Source: Desulfomonilia bacterium (GTDB lineage: Bacteria > Desulfobacterota > Desulfomonilia > UBA1062). Taken from it: 64,000 nt of DNA. The DNA is taken from NCBI GenBank assembly GCA_963664325.2, contig CAXXDQ010000003.1, forward strand, positions 384,001 through 448,000. Reading direction: 5' to 3'. The notes beneath the pieces were generated by a model. The model was given only the letters and a program-made list of their open reading frames with translations, was not told the origin of the DNA and did not search any database. Position 1 is the stretch's first letter. Every line of letters begins with the position of its first letter. The translations under genes and the position numbers were made by a program. This document shows, one piece after another, positions 1-10,587 of this stretch.

Positions 1-2483
1 AGCCCCAAGCTTGACGGGGAATTGAAAGCAGTCGGACTGAAAGGGCGCGTGGAAATTTTTCGCGACTCCTATGGAATACCGCACATCTATGCCAAAAACA
101 TGCACGATCTGCTTTTTGCACAGGGTTACGTCCAGGCGCAGGACAGGTGGTGGCAGATGGAATTCTTCCGCAAGACCTGCGGCGGACGGATTGAGGAGCT
201 CACAGGCAGGAAGTCCAAGCTGGTCAATACCGATATCTATCTGCGCTCGCTGGGACTCTATAGGGTGGCCAGGCAGGAGTACGACAGCTACCCGCCCGAA
301 GACCGTGCACTCCTGGATGCCTTCGCAAGCGGCGTAAATGCTTATATCGCGGACAGAAGCCCGTGGCAGCTTTCTGTCAATTATTCAATACTGGGACTGA
401 CGGGAGTTAAATTCAAGGTCGATCTCTGGTCTCCGCTTGATTCATTGGCCTTCTCCAAGCTGATGGCCTGGGACCTGGGCCTTTCGCGTGATCTGGAGTT
501 GCCCCGCGTCAAGCTTTACAAAAAACTGGGGGCAGAGATGGCTGAACAATTTCTGGTACCGCCCTGGCCCCTTAAAGAGAAACGCACCATTCTGCTGGAA
601 GAAGACATTAAGGCCACTTATCCGGCGGCTAATAATTCATCAAAACAGAATGCGGATAAAGGGATGACCCGTCATGGTCTCCATGCGGCATCAACCCTCG
701 CGTATGATGACCCGGCCGCCGACCTCTCCCTGCTCATGGCCAGACCGAGGGAACGGGCAGCAACTCCTGGGTGGCCACAGGCAGTATGACCCGGAGCGGC
801 AAACCCCTGCTTGCCAATGATCCGCATCTGGGTATTCAGCAGCCTTCCATCTGGTATGAGATTGCACTGCATTGCACTGACGATGGGACAGGACGTCCCT
901 TTGATGTGGCCGGCTTCTCCTTTGCCGCAAGCCCCGGTGTGGTGGTGGGCCACAATAACGATATCGCATGGGGCACCACCAATGTCTATCCGGATGTCAA
1001 TGACCAGTATCAGATAAAAGTCAACCCAGCCGATCCTTTGCAGTATGAATGGAACGGCGCCTGGCGCGACATGACCGTACACGAGGAACCCATTTCGTTT
1101 GGCGACGGCAAGCCCGTCATCCTGGTCAAGGTGCGTGTTACCCATCTCGGCCCGATCATTAACGACAACAAGTTTGACGCCAAGACCGGAGAAATGGCCG
1201 GCTTCAACAACAAAGACCCGCTGGCCCTTCATTGGACCGGACTCGAACCCGGTACCATCGCACTATCCATACTCAGGCTTGACAGGGCGAGAAACTGGGA
1301 TGAGTTCCGTGCTGCACTAAAATACTGGGATACGCCGTCACAGAGTTTTGTCTATGCCGACCGTCAGGGCAACATCGGCTATCAGATGCCCGGCAAGATA
1401 CCTGTGAGGGCCAAGGGCCAAACCGGCCAGATGCCGGTCCCGGGATGGACTTCCGTTTATGAGTGGAAGGGGTATGTGCCTTTTGAACTGATGCCGCGCT
1501 CATATAACCCATCCCGGAATTTCGTTGTGGCCTGCAATCAGGAAGTGGCACCGCCGGACTACTATGCCATGCTCGACAAACAGCTGGGACCTGATGTTAA
1601 CGCCAATTTTGGCAGCAAGTATAACAAGTGGGTCTACGGCTACCGCTCGCAGCGCGCATATGAACTTATCAAGCAGCTGGCACCGAACTCCGTCGCCACA
1701 TTCCAGAGGATGCAGGGAGACAACAAATTATTGCCAGCCGATGAAGTGCTGCCATATATAGACGGTCTCAAGTTCAAAGACCCTGAGCTTGCCGCAGCCC
1801 GAGACTGGCTGCTTACGTGGGACCGGTTCACCGGCGGGGACAGCCCGCAGGCTGCGCTCTACATGGAATTCTGCATGAAGCTGTTCCAGAATACATTCCA
1901 GGATCAGCTTGGAGATATAGTAAAGTCCGATGGCCTCGACAAAGAGATGTGGGCCCTTTACCTGATGATGAAAAATCCCAGGGACCCCTGGTGGGATGAT
2001 GCCGCCACGGCTGCCGTCAAGGAAACCCGCGACGATATACTAATCCGCTCGTTTAATGAGGGATATACAGCCACAGTGGCCGCTCTTGGCAAGGACCGCA
2101 ACAAATGGAAGTGGGGCGCATTGCACAAGGCGACTTTCGTCAGCAACCCGCTGGGTGCCTCCGGGATCGGGCCGATCGAATCACTGGTCAACCAGGGGCC
2201 GGTGGAGACCGGCGGCAGCACCGAGTGTCTGAACAATAATATCTGGTATGCCAGCAAAGGCGATTTCAGCGTGGGGCTGATACCGTCCATGCGTATAATC
2301 GTGGACCTAAATGATCTGACGAATTGCGTCAGCATCAATTCCACCGGATCAAGCGGCCACCCGGGCAGCCCCTGGTACGGAGACCAGATCCAACTCTGGG
2401 CCATAGCCAGCTACCGCCCCATGCTGTGGAGCAGACAACAGGTGGAAGCAGGTGCCAAATACAGGCTTTACCTGAATCCCTGA
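1..2483 (+). CDS. Penicillin acylase family (Ntn hydrolase, peptidase S45); 5'-truncated by the window edge, one frameshift near 738
   Basis: Alpha-subunit motifs RDSYGIPHIYA and AQGYVQAQDRWWQME in ORF 22..789. The catalytic G-SNSW (agc aac tcc tgg at 759) and LLANDPHL lie in the frame of ORF 771..2483. Adding one G at atg-gc (738-739) joins the two frames. Confidence 0.9.
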
Positions 2484-2860
2484 TGGCATAAAAGAAAGGG
2501 CATATCGTTCCGGGGTGTCCCGCACATAAAATGCCAGACCCGGCCCAGCCGGCCGGGATACTCCGGGTCACATTTTTATTAAACCCTGAATCCGGGAAAC
2601 GGTTTCCCATTGTATTGATCCTCCTGATCGCCTGCGCTCAAGCAGTTTACACGTTCTCTTCAGGAGTTCATCCTGAATGTCCCTAAAAACAATTTCTTTC
2701 GTTACTGAGGGGCAGAACTGTTACGATAATTCTCCGGCTTCATGTTCGGAAGAGGAATTTTTAAAAAAAATTAAATATTCATCATTATTATTCCGAAACG
2801 GTAAAATATATCAGATTGTGCGTGGCTGTATGGATAACGAAATAAAAAAGGAGAAGTGAG

Positions 2861-3070
2861 ATGCTTAGATTCTCAGGGCAAACTGCTCAGGGAGATAGAA
2901 TTAACTTTAGATTTAACGACATCAAACATATTGTAAAGGATGAGGACGTTGTCGTCCTGGACAGGCCCGACAAGGTCATTGTGAAATTCTCTTCCCTCGA
3001 AGTGGAGAAGTACGAGAAGGAAATTAGAGGCTCTGATTTCCCTCTGGTCGTCAGGCTGGGGTTTCATTAA
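2861..3070 (+). CDS. Small hypothetical protein (69 aa)
   Basis: AAGGAG RBS upstream, plausible composition, followed by a strong hairpin. Confidence 0.55.
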   Translation: MLRFSGQTAQGDRINFRFNDIKHIVKDEDVVVLDRPDKVIVKFSSLEVEKYEKEIRGSDFPLVVRLGFH

Positions 3071-3082
3071 GCGTTCTAACAG

Positions 3083-3129
3083 AAAGCCGGAACCCCCTGT
3101 TATTCGATAAACAGGGGTCTCCGGCTTTT
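3083..3129 (+). terminator. Intrinsic terminator-like hairpin
   Basis: aaagccggaaccccctgtt-attcgat-aaacaggggtctccggctttt inverted repeat just after the 3070 stop. Confidence 0.65.
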
Positions 3130-3687
3130 AAAAATATTCCCTGTCGAATTATCTGGATTTGCCTGATAAAAAGCGCCAGTCAATTAAAATCAATTGGTCT
3201 CAAATCGTTGTTAACAATATCTTGCAACCGGACATGTTCGAGATTTCCTCTTCAAGCCCGGTGATAAATGTACCGTTTTTCATGACTGATCGGAATAATG
3301 TGTTAATGGAAAGGCCAATGGGGCCGTCATCCTTGTTGAACGGTATTTTTAGGTGTGTGCCTTTTGTCCTAAAGAATATGCATTTTCTCTAATTTTGCTG
3401 GTTCATATGGCAGAGCCGAAATCATCTCCGGTTCGTTTTACAGGATATCACTGGGCTTATCATTCCTGTAAACTTCCTCCGTTAGGCTGCGACTGCTTTG
3501 CATAATACAAATCTTGAAATATTTGTCGTGTCATAAAAACTGCCTGCACCTCCTTGATTTGAGAGATATGTCCCTTATTAAAAATTGATTCATATGGAAA
3601 TCGATCTCTCTTTAAGTGCAATTTATTTCCACTTGTTACGGCATTAAAAATTAATTACATATCTAACTGGTTCCTTGAAAAAGCATC

Positions 3688-3755
3688 TAACTAATTGAAA
3701 ATAAATAATTTCTATGATTTTAAAAACAAAATCTTTTTCTGGTTTAATTATTGCA
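3688..3755 (+). promoter_or_regulatory. Sigma-54 (-24/-12) promoter with an upstream IHF-like site
   Basis: TGG-TTTAATTATT-GCA at 3740-3755 has exact GG-N10-GC spacing. The reverse complement of 3688-3700 (TTTCAATTAGTTA) resembles WATCAANNNNTTR. PEP-CTERM genes commonly have sigma-54 promoters. Confidence 0.6.
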
Positions 3756-3811
3756 ATATGATTCATCACAACAACAGAAAATATTAAATCTTACATCTGA
3801 GAGGTTTATTT

Positions 3812-4495
3812 ATGAAAAAGATTATCATCTTCTGTGTTTTATCAATACTAATAGGAGCTCCTGCCGCAGAAGCCACACCATATACATACACCTCAACTGT
3901 TACGGCTGATAACCATTATGCGATCTATACTGGCAATTCCGGTTCCATCAATTATATAGGCAGGAATGAAAGCGGTCCTTCGGGCTCGCCGGGTACTTAC
4001 AACTGGAGCAATCCTGAAAATTTTACATTCGATGTGAATTCCGGGGATTATATATATGTGGCCGGATGGAGCGATAATTCTGTGGCTCAGGGCTGGATAG
4101 GTCAGTTTGTCTCTGATTCAGGTACTATCTTGTCGAACGCAACGGACTGGCAGGTATTCCTTACCTTCAAGGACATTGATGATGGCGGTGCCGCCCCTAC
4201 GGCAGAAAAATTCCAGAATGATATAGCTGGCGCTTCCTGGGTTGGCATAACAAATACCAGAGATAACGGGGCATCGCCCTGGGGGACAATAGATGCGATT
4301 GACTCCAATGCTGACTGGATATGGGGAAGTGCTATGGAACCCGGAAGCGGCTTCGGCGAATATCAGGTATTCAGGGCACAGGTAGCTCCGGCTCCGGTCC
4401 CGGAACCTGCAACAATGACGCTTCTTGGAATCGGAATGCTCGGCGTGGGGCTTGTGGCAAGGAAAAGGAACAGGAAATCAAAATCAACAAAGTAA
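3812..4495 (+). CDS. PEP-CTERM sorting domain protein
   Basis: N-terminal signal peptide; C-terminal VPEPATMTLLGIGMLGVGLVARKRNRK (PEP motif, TM helix, basic tail). Confidence 0.93.
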   Translation: MKKIIIFCVLSILIGAPAAEATPYTYTSTVTADNHYAIYTGNSGSINYIGRNESGPSGSPGTYNWSNPENFTFDVNSGDYIYVAGWSDNSVAQGWIGQFVSDSGTILSNATDWQVFLTFKDIDDGGAAPTAEKFQNDIAGASWVGITNTRDNGASPWGTIDAIDSNADWIWGSAMEPGSGFGEYQVFRAQVAPAPVPEPATMTLLGIGMLGVGLVARKRNRKSKSTK

Positions 4496-4516
4496 ATAAA
4501 ATTCTTAATATATCTC

Positions 4517-4559
4517 GGGGAATATTTTCCTGGAGGGGGAGAATATTCCCTCTTTTTAT
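4517..4559 (+). terminator. Intrinsic terminator-like hairpin
   Basis: ggggaatattttcc...ggagaatattccc followed by tctttttat. Confidence 0.6.
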
Positions 4560-4662
4560 TCCTTGGCATAATCAATGGAGAAGGTTTCATGGTCTTGTTC
4601 CTTTTGCTATTTATGATGGTCCATGTTATTATAGTATAATTCAATTATTTTGAGGAGTGGTT

Positions 4663-5505
4663 ATGAAAAATATTCTTGGCATTGTAGTCTGCACCGTTTT
4701 CCTTTTGTCCTGTAACGCTCCGGGTGTATACCAGAAAAAGACTCCGGACAATGAATTTTCCATACTCACCTATAATGTCGCAGGATTGCCTCAAGGCATT
4801 TCTTCAAGCAACCCCCTATTCAACATGCCCCAGATCGGGCAGAAATTGAACATCTTTGATATCGCGCTTGTTCAGGAGGATTTTTCATATCACTACAATC
4901 TGATGTATGGGGACGGCCATCCGTACGAATCAGCGTTTGATTCTTTCCACGGCACAGTGGGCGATGGACTGAATTCGTTCTCTTACTGCAGTTTTACCAA
5001 TCTCCAGAGAGTTACCTGGGAGGCATGCCATGGGGTTTTCGGTTACGCCAATGACTGTTTGACGCCCAAAGGTTTCATGTTCGCCCGCTATGAAATATCC
5101 GGTGGTGTATTCGTGGATATATACGATCTGCACATGGATGCCGGCGGTGCAGATGGAGATAATGAAGCCAGAATCATTCAAGTTGAACAGCTGATAGACA
5201 ATATCAATACCTTTTCAGCCGGTCAGGCGGTCATAGTATGCGGGGATTTCAACATGATTTACGACAATGTGAACGACAACATCAACCTGACGCGGTTGAT
5301 TTCAGGTACAGGGCTTTCCGATTCACGCCTGGAACTCGGGATTGCGGGAGAGCGGATTGACAAGATACTCTACCGCAGCAACAGCACGGTTCTTTTAACT
5401 CCCGTCGCCTATACTGTCGAATCTGATACTTTCCTCAACAGCAAAGGCAAACAGCTATCCGACCATGAGGCGGTCAGCGTACTTTTCAGGTGGGACAAGA
5501 TATAA
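4663..5505 (+). CDS. Endonuclease/exonuclease/phosphatase (sphingomyelinase-like) lipoprotein
   Basis: Lipobox LLSC; EEP motifs LTYNV, VQED, CGDFN, IDKI, SDH. Confidence 0.85.
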   Translation: MKNILGIVVCTVFLLSCNAPGVYQKKTPDNEFSILTYNVAGLPQGISSSNPLFNMPQIGQKLNIFDIALVQEDFSYHYNLMYGDGHPYESAFDSFHGTVGDGLNSFSYCSFTNLQRVTWEACHGVFGYANDCLTPKGFMFARYEISGGVFVDIYDLHMDAGGADGDNEARIIQVEQLIDNINTFSAGQAVIVCGDFNMIYDNVNDNINLTRLISGTGLSDSRLELGIAGERIDKILYRSNSTVLLTPVAYTVESDTFLNSKGKQLSDHEAVSVLFRWDKI

Positions 5506-5704
5506 TCCCTATTCTCAACCATGATTCGACCTCACTGCTTTCGTAAAAGTGCTATTTGAATTGTTAGGAGAAAGGCCTTGCATGAAAAATCAGCGATCAA
5601 AAATAATTCGTCATCTTTGGTAAGGTATTTGGAACCTAATGATAAGGATAATCCTGATATGAGGGTGAATGTGTTGCAGTTATTTTTCAGCAGTGAGGTT
5701 AATC

Positions 5705-6199
5705 ATGAAGGGGCAAATTGTTACCGGATTATTTATCATTTTACTAATAATATTTGAAACACCTGTCTTCGCATCATATTTCAAAGGGATTCCTGTTGTA
5801 CCGGATTCGGTATTCCAAGGCCTTGATACTCAGAATATCAGTAAATCCGAGTTAAAGGCGCAAAGGCAGAGCATATTCGACAAGATGGATGTGGAGAAGG
5901 ACGGCAAAATCAGCAAAGACGAATTCATGCTTTATGAGAAGAGTATTTTCGCGGGGCTTGACAAGAAGAAAGATGATGCCCTTACTCCCGATGAGGTAAA
6001 TAAAACCTGCCAGGTTTACTTTGTATGCCTTGATGCGAACAAGGACAACAAGGTCACGCTGCAGGAATTTGAGGCCAAGCTGGATGAGACATTCAAGCTT
6101 ATGGACGGAAAGGACCAGGACGGTTATATTACCAGTAAGGAATATTTCTCTTTCTGGAAAGACCATGACAAGGCCTGTGCCGGAAAACAGACAAGATGA
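5705..6199 (+). CDS. Secreted EF-hand protein
   Basis: Signal peptide; EF-hand loops DVEKDGKISKDE, DKKKDDALTPDE, DANKDNKVTLQE, DQDGYITSKE. Confidence 0.8.
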   Translation: MKGQIVTGLFIILLIIFETPVFASYFKGIPVVPDSVFQGLDTQNISKSELKAQRQSIFDKMDVEKDGKISKDEFMLYEKSIFAGLDKKKDDALTPDEVNKTCQVYFVCLDANKDNKVTLQEFEAKLDETFKLMDGKDQDGYITSKEYFSFWKDHDKACAGKQTR

Positions 6200-6235
6200 G
6201 CAAGTATCATTTATAATCCATAAAAGGAGAGCATT

Positions 6236-6736
6236 ATGAAAGATTGCGACCCCATTGCCATTTCCGAAACCCTGACAAACCGGATTAAAAAAGGTGCCTT
6301 TCTGACCGTCAAGGCCGGTGACTCCTTGAACACAATGACCATCGGCTGGGCCCTGATTGGATACATCTGGCAGCGGCCCGTGTTCATGGTGGCCGTTCGC
6401 AATTCGCGCCATACCTTTTCCATCATCGAAAAGGCTGTGGATTTCACTGTAACCGTACCTGCGGGAGATATGAAAGAAGCCCTCATGTTCTGCGGTTCCA
6501 ATTCCGGAAGGGATCTGGATAAATTCAAGGCCTGTAACCTGATAACCGCAGCGGCACATCAGACCGTCTCTCCCGTTATCAATCTGCCGGGTATCCACCT
6601 GGAATGCCGGATCTGTTTCAAAGCGCCCATGGATCCCGCTCATCTCGATCCTGCCCTTGAAGACCTCTATCCGGCTAAGGATTACCACACCCTCTATTTC
6701 GGAGAGATCTCAGCCTGTTACGAGACAGACAAATAA
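6236..6736 (+). CDS. Flavin reductase-like (flavoredoxin) family protein
   Basis: NTMTIGW, VRNSRHT, CGSNSGRDLDK, YHTLYFGEI motifs; AAGGAG RBS. Confidence 0.9.
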   Translation: MKDCDPIAISETLTNRIKKGAFLTVKAGDSLNTMTIGWALIGYIWQRPVFMVAVRNSRHTFSIIEKAVDFTVTVPAGDMKEALMFCGSNSGRDLDKFKACNLITAAAHQTVSPVINLPGIHLECRICFKAPMDPAHLDPALEDLYPAKDYHTLYFGEISACYETDK

Positions 6737-6889
6737 TAGGAGGAGACCTGTTGATTCACGGATAAAATCCTTCAAATGCATCGCTTTTCGACTGAACACG
6801 CAAAGAGTCAACAGCGATTTGATGAAAGAAGCATCACAATGTCGGGATTATTACAGAATCAGGTTTATGTTATTGGGCATTGACTGTAT

Positions 6890-7156
6890 TTACTCCTGAT
6901 CGGGATTCATGCTGCGATATTTTTCCTCGCCGCTTTCAGCCTCATCCCTAATTTCTTTCCGGTCTTCTTCTGTAACCTTATAACGTTCATCGGGGGTCAA
7001 TCTGGGATCGGATGAATCAAAGTCTCTTGCATCAGAATTAACGATGCCTGTGTCATTGCTGTCGCGGATTTTGACGGAATCCGAATAAACAGCACCGGCA
7101 GGCATAAGGAAACCGGCTATTAAAATAACTGCAAAAGCTGTTCTGAAACGATTCAA
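6890..7156 (-). CDS. Small exported hypothetical protein
   Basis: GGGAG RBS before TTG at 7156; signal peptide (AFAVILIAGFLMPAGA) then an acidic tail. Confidence 0.5.
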   Translation of the reverse strand: MNRFRTAFAVILIAGFLMPAGAVYSDSVKIRDSNDTGIVNSDARDFDSSDPRLTPDERYKVTEEDRKEIRDEAESGEEKYRSMNPDQE

Positions 7157-7263
7157 GATGCACTCCCTGTAACTTGTCAGTCTTAAGTAGTCCTTTTCGG
7201 TAAAAAAGTGTTTGCCCTTAATCCCTGATATGCAAACATCAGCACTCGACAAGCTGCAGGCGC

Positions 7264-8520
7264 CTATTCAATAGGCTTTTGATGGCTCGGTTTCCTGAAA
7301 ATGGCTATCAGCAGGAAACCTGCAAGGAGTATGGCTGACTCTATGTAAAGCGCATTCTGGAAGCTGCCTGTAATCATCTTGACTCTGGCAAAGAGGTATG
7401 GACCCGATACCCCGGCCAGCCCGACCGCTGTGAAAATGACCCCGTAAATCCTGCCTATGCTGGAAGGCCCGAACATGTCTGCCGTGAAAGCTGGCAATGT
7501 TGAATACATGCCTCCATAGCAGGCAAGCAGGTAGCAGGCAAGACAGGTGAACATCAGGGTCCCGGTCGAATGGCCGATGGCCGCATAGCCTGCAGCCTGG
7601 GTCAGGAAAATAATCATGAATACAGCCCTTCTTCCCACCCAATCCGAAAACCATGCCCAGGCGAACCGCCCCAATCCGTTGAATATGGCTGCGATAGCCA
7701 CGATGGTGCCTGAAAGGATGTAAATGTTCTTGAGTATCTGTTCAGTAACGTAATTGCCCAGGCCCTGCCTGATGACATCCTGCGCAATGGGTGAAAGCTG
7801 CGAGATGAATCCGAGTCCGGCAGTGACATTCAGAAAGAGCATCAGCCATAAAGCCCAATACTGCCAGGTTTTTAAGGCCTGTGAGAACGTGAAGGACGAA
7901 GAATCAGCGATGGCAACGGTTTTTCCCTGCACGGGGACACGATGCTCCATCCAGCCTGAAGGCGGGTTTTTAATGAGCATTATCCCCAAAGGAACCAGCA
8001 CAATGCTTATGAGCCCCCATGCGGTAAATGTTTTTTCCAGACCTAAATCTAATATTGCCCTGGGCGCCAGGTTTCCCATGACAAACGACCCGAAGCCGTA
8101 GCCCATGACGGCAAGCCCCGTCACAAGCCCGCGCCTGTCCGGGAACCACTTGATTAGGGTCGTTATGGGGACTGTGTAACCCAGTCCTCCGCCCAGCCCC
8201 ACGATTATCCCGTACGCGACGTATAAGAGCCCTGCAGAACCTATGACATTTGCATAACCTGCCAGCAGCAGCCCTGAGCCGAAAAGGATGCCGCCCGCCA
8301 TTCCTGTCAGCCTGGGGCCTTTCCTGTCTATAAGCATGCCTCCCAGTGCAACGGAGACGGCAAAGCACAGGGACTGTATCATGAAGGCGGCCTGAGTGGC
8401 TGTCTCCGACCAGCCGTGCGCCGTCATCATGGGCTTTTTGAATATCGACCAGGCATAGACGGTTCCGAGACAGAGCTGGACGATCACACCGGCAGCGGCA
8501 ATGAGCCACCTTTTTTTCAT
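7264..8520 (-). CDS. OFA-family MFS transporter (oxalate/formate or lactate antiporter-like)
   Basis: RWLIAAAG..QLCLGTVYAWSIF, KWFPDRRGLVTGLAVMGYG, FNGLGR motifs; about 12 TM segments. Confidence 0.92.
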   Translation of the reverse strand: MKKRWLIAAAGVIVQLCLGTVYAWSIFKKPMMTAHGWSETATQAAFMIQSLCFAVSVALGGMLIDRKGPRLTGMAGGILFGSGLLLAGYANVIGSAGLLYVAYGIIVGLGGGLGYTVPITTLIKWFPDRRGLVTGLAVMGYGFGSFVMGNLAPRAILDLGLEKTFTAWGLISIVLVPLGIMLIKNPPSGWMEHRVPVQGKTVAIADSSSFTFSQALKTWQYWALWLMLFLNVTAGLGFISQLSPIAQDVIRQGLGNYVTEQILKNIYILSGTIVAIAAIFNGLGRFAWAWFSDWVGRRAVFMIIFLTQAAGYAAIGHSTGTLMFTCLACYLLACYGGMYSTLPAFTADMFGPSSIGRIYGVIFTAVGLAGVSGPYLFARVKMITGSFQNALYIESAILLAGFLLIAIFRKPSHQKPIE

Positions 8521-8586
8521 TAAATATGAGTTTTCTTCACCAAAGGACATTAGCCGTCATTTATAAAATGGAACCTGATAAAAAAG

Positions 8587-8787
8587 CTATCGTTTCTTTG
8601 TTGCCTGCTGAGATTTTTTTCTCATCTTCTCGCCTTGACTGGCGTTATATTCGAGCCATGAGGCGAGAAGCTCTTCGTTTTCTTTGTCAAAATCTTTGCT
8701 GCCCAGTTCATCCGGACTGCATGAGGCTGTCATCTTCATAAAGAAGTCATCATGGGCCTTCCGGGTTTTTCTGCCGGTTTTTTTCAT
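8587..8787 (-). CDS. Small hypothetical protein (66 aa)
   Basis: ATGA overlap with the upstream MBL gene suggests translational coupling. Confidence 0.4.
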   Translation of the reverse strand: MKKTGRKTRKAHDDFFMKMTASCSPDELGSKDFDKENEELLASWLEYNASQGEKMRKKSQQATKKR

Positions 8788-9623
8788 CCGAATACCGTAA
8801 AGCTATTGAACGCAGGCACAAACCTGATTTCTGCGGCCGGGACAGTTTTCATGGCTGAAGAGATGAATTCGTCGATGCGGACCCCCTTCAGCAGGCGCAG
8901 CCCTTTTTCGAACGGGGAGAAGAACCAGTCGTGGTGAACAGGTATTATCCTGTGGGCGCCGGTTTTCCTGACGGTTTCATGGAGATAGGGGCAGGTCTCT
9001 TTACGGCCTGCGAGGCACAGAAATACAGTATCAGCCTTGATTCCGTCGTACATCCCGGGAATCCAGCCTGCGCTCCCGTGATGGATGAATGTGCCCAGGG
9101 GATGGTTTATGACCATGCCGAAGAAACCGCCCAGCCTGTAATCAGAAGCCTTGGCAGGCGGGGCAAACGGTTTTTCAATGATGCCGGGGTAAGGTATCCT
9201 GCCGAGGAAGGCCGGCCCATGCACCCCTTCGATGAATCTTATGTTGAACTTTCCCAGATCCAGAGTACTGCCGTTTTTAATGACCCTGATTCTTTCTTCA
9301 GGCAGACCTGCTCCTCTGGCGACATTGGCGGTGCTTTCCGAACCCGCGAGCAGGGCGGTTGTCCTTATGGCGAATTCCGGCGCGTCAAGCAGGTGGTCGA
9401 AGTGGGAATGCCCCAGCAGAACAGCTGCAGCTTTTTGTCCGGATGTAAGGCTTATGCATTCATCGATCCTTTTGATATCCGGGCTGATCTTCCTCCCTGA
9501 AAAAACCTTGAAAGCCGGGGACCTGCTTACATACGGGTCTATATAAAACGAGGTCTCCCCGTCAGTAACATACAACCCTGCCGTTCCAAGCCAGGTAGCC
9601 TCTATATGGTTTGAACCGTTCAT
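8784..9623 (-). CDS. MBL-fold metallo-hydrolase
   Basis: WLGTAG, IDPY, HSHFDH and PVHHD motifs. Confidence 0.9.
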   Translation of the reverse strand: MNGSNHIEATWLGTAGLYVTDGETSFYIDPYVSRSPAFKVFSGRKISPDIKRIDECISLTSGQKAAAVLLGHSHFDHLLDAPEFAIRTTALLAGSESTANVARGAGLPEERIRVIKNGSTLDLGKFNIRFIEGVHGPAFLGRIPYPGIIEKPFAPPAKASDYRLGGFFGMVINHPLGTFIHHGSAGWIPGMYDGIKADTVFLCLAGRKETCPYLHETVRKTGAHRIIPVHHDWFFSPFEKGLRLLKGVRIDEFISSAMKTVPAAEIRFVPAFNSFTVFG

Positions 9624-9729
9624 CCGATTTCCTCTTCTGCCTATAGAATTGAATATTGAATGCCGATCATTTTGAGACGGATTGCATTTTAGTCAAGGCT
9701 ATTCTGCAAATATCCGTATTTTGGCTGAA

Positions 9730-10491
9730 TCAGGGAATTTTACCGACAGGGGCGATGTAGATTGTGAATTCTTCATTGCCGTCAACCCCGATCAGCCTGT
9801 CGCATTCCTCCTGGTCATAGGCTGCTATGGCGCAGGTCCCTGCATGGATACTTTCGCACGCAAGGTAAAGGTTCTGGCAGACATGGCCCGCTTCGATTGC
9901 GATCACCTTGTGTGCAGCCAGGTCATAGCGCCACTCCATGCGTGCGGGTATCGCGGTCCATATAAAAACGACCGCGGAAGCCGATACAAACCCCTGTCCG
10001 AGACAGGCGACTGCGGCTTTGCGCATGATCCTTTCGTCGACGGACAGTTGCGCCAGCTGTCCGTCCAAAGGCAGATAACGGTAAAGCCCCGGAGCCAGAG
10101 AGCCAACCCTGCCTATTGCAAGATAGGTTTCCAGGGCATGCCGCGCCCCTGCGGATGGGACCGTTCGAAGAGCGCATTCGGGACTCAACATTTCGCGAAC
10201 GCCCTGTGTCGCCCAGAGCAGGGCGGCCAACTCCTCTATACTCAATGGCAAGCTGCCATATTGCCGCACGCTTTGTCTCCGGGTGATTGCATCACCAATC
10301 GGTGTCCCTCCCAGCTTTGCCAATGCAGCTCTTCCATCTGGAAGACTGATCCTGGCAGCTTCATGCGGACATGGCATTTGCAGGGGAGGCGCAGAGATGC
10401 CCCGGTTCTGCCCGGTCCGGGAGAAATCGATCTGCTGCCTTATATTATCCTTAAGGAAAAAGCGGTTTTGTTCGTACTTTTTGTCAGACAT
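9730..10491 (-). CDS. SagB/ThcOx-family nitroreductase-like dehydrogenase
   Basis: RRQSVRQY, RTVPSAGARHALETY, IEAGHVCQNLYL. Confidence 0.9.
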   Translation of the reverse strand: MSDKKYEQNRFFLKDNIRQQIDFSRTGQNRGISAPPLQMPCPHEAARISLPDGRAALAKLGGTPIGDAITRRQSVRQYGSLPLSIEELAALLWATQGVREMLSPECALRTVPSAGARHALETYLAIGRVGSLAPGLYRYLPLDGQLAQLSVDERIMRKAAVACLGQGFVSASAVVFIWTAIPARMEWRYDLAAHKVIAIEAGHVCQNLYLACESIHAGTCAIAAYDQEECDRLIGVDGNEEFTIYIAPVGKIP

Positions 10492-10587
10492 TTAATCCAG
10501 TCTCCTTGTCGTTTGTTTCCAAATAAACAGGGGGAATATGCTTCATACCTGTCAAGCCAGTAAAATTTTCTGGATAAAGAGAACAAA

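Noticed and set aside
738-790. Programmed frameshift or natural alpha/beta split of the penicillin acylase
   Set aside because: The break lies just upstream of the catalytic Ser with no credible separate start before it; a one-base indel like the others in the window explains it
9730-10491. SagB dehydrogenase as part of a RiPP (azole) cluster
   Set aside because: No YcaO or precursor peptide nearby; stand-alone SagB-like nitroreductases are common in anaerobes
9682-10563. Long opposite-strand ORFs (e.g. 9682..10563, 5852..6688, 44357..45220, 51906..52754)
   Set aside because: They overlap well-supported genes on the other strand and show no recognisable motifs
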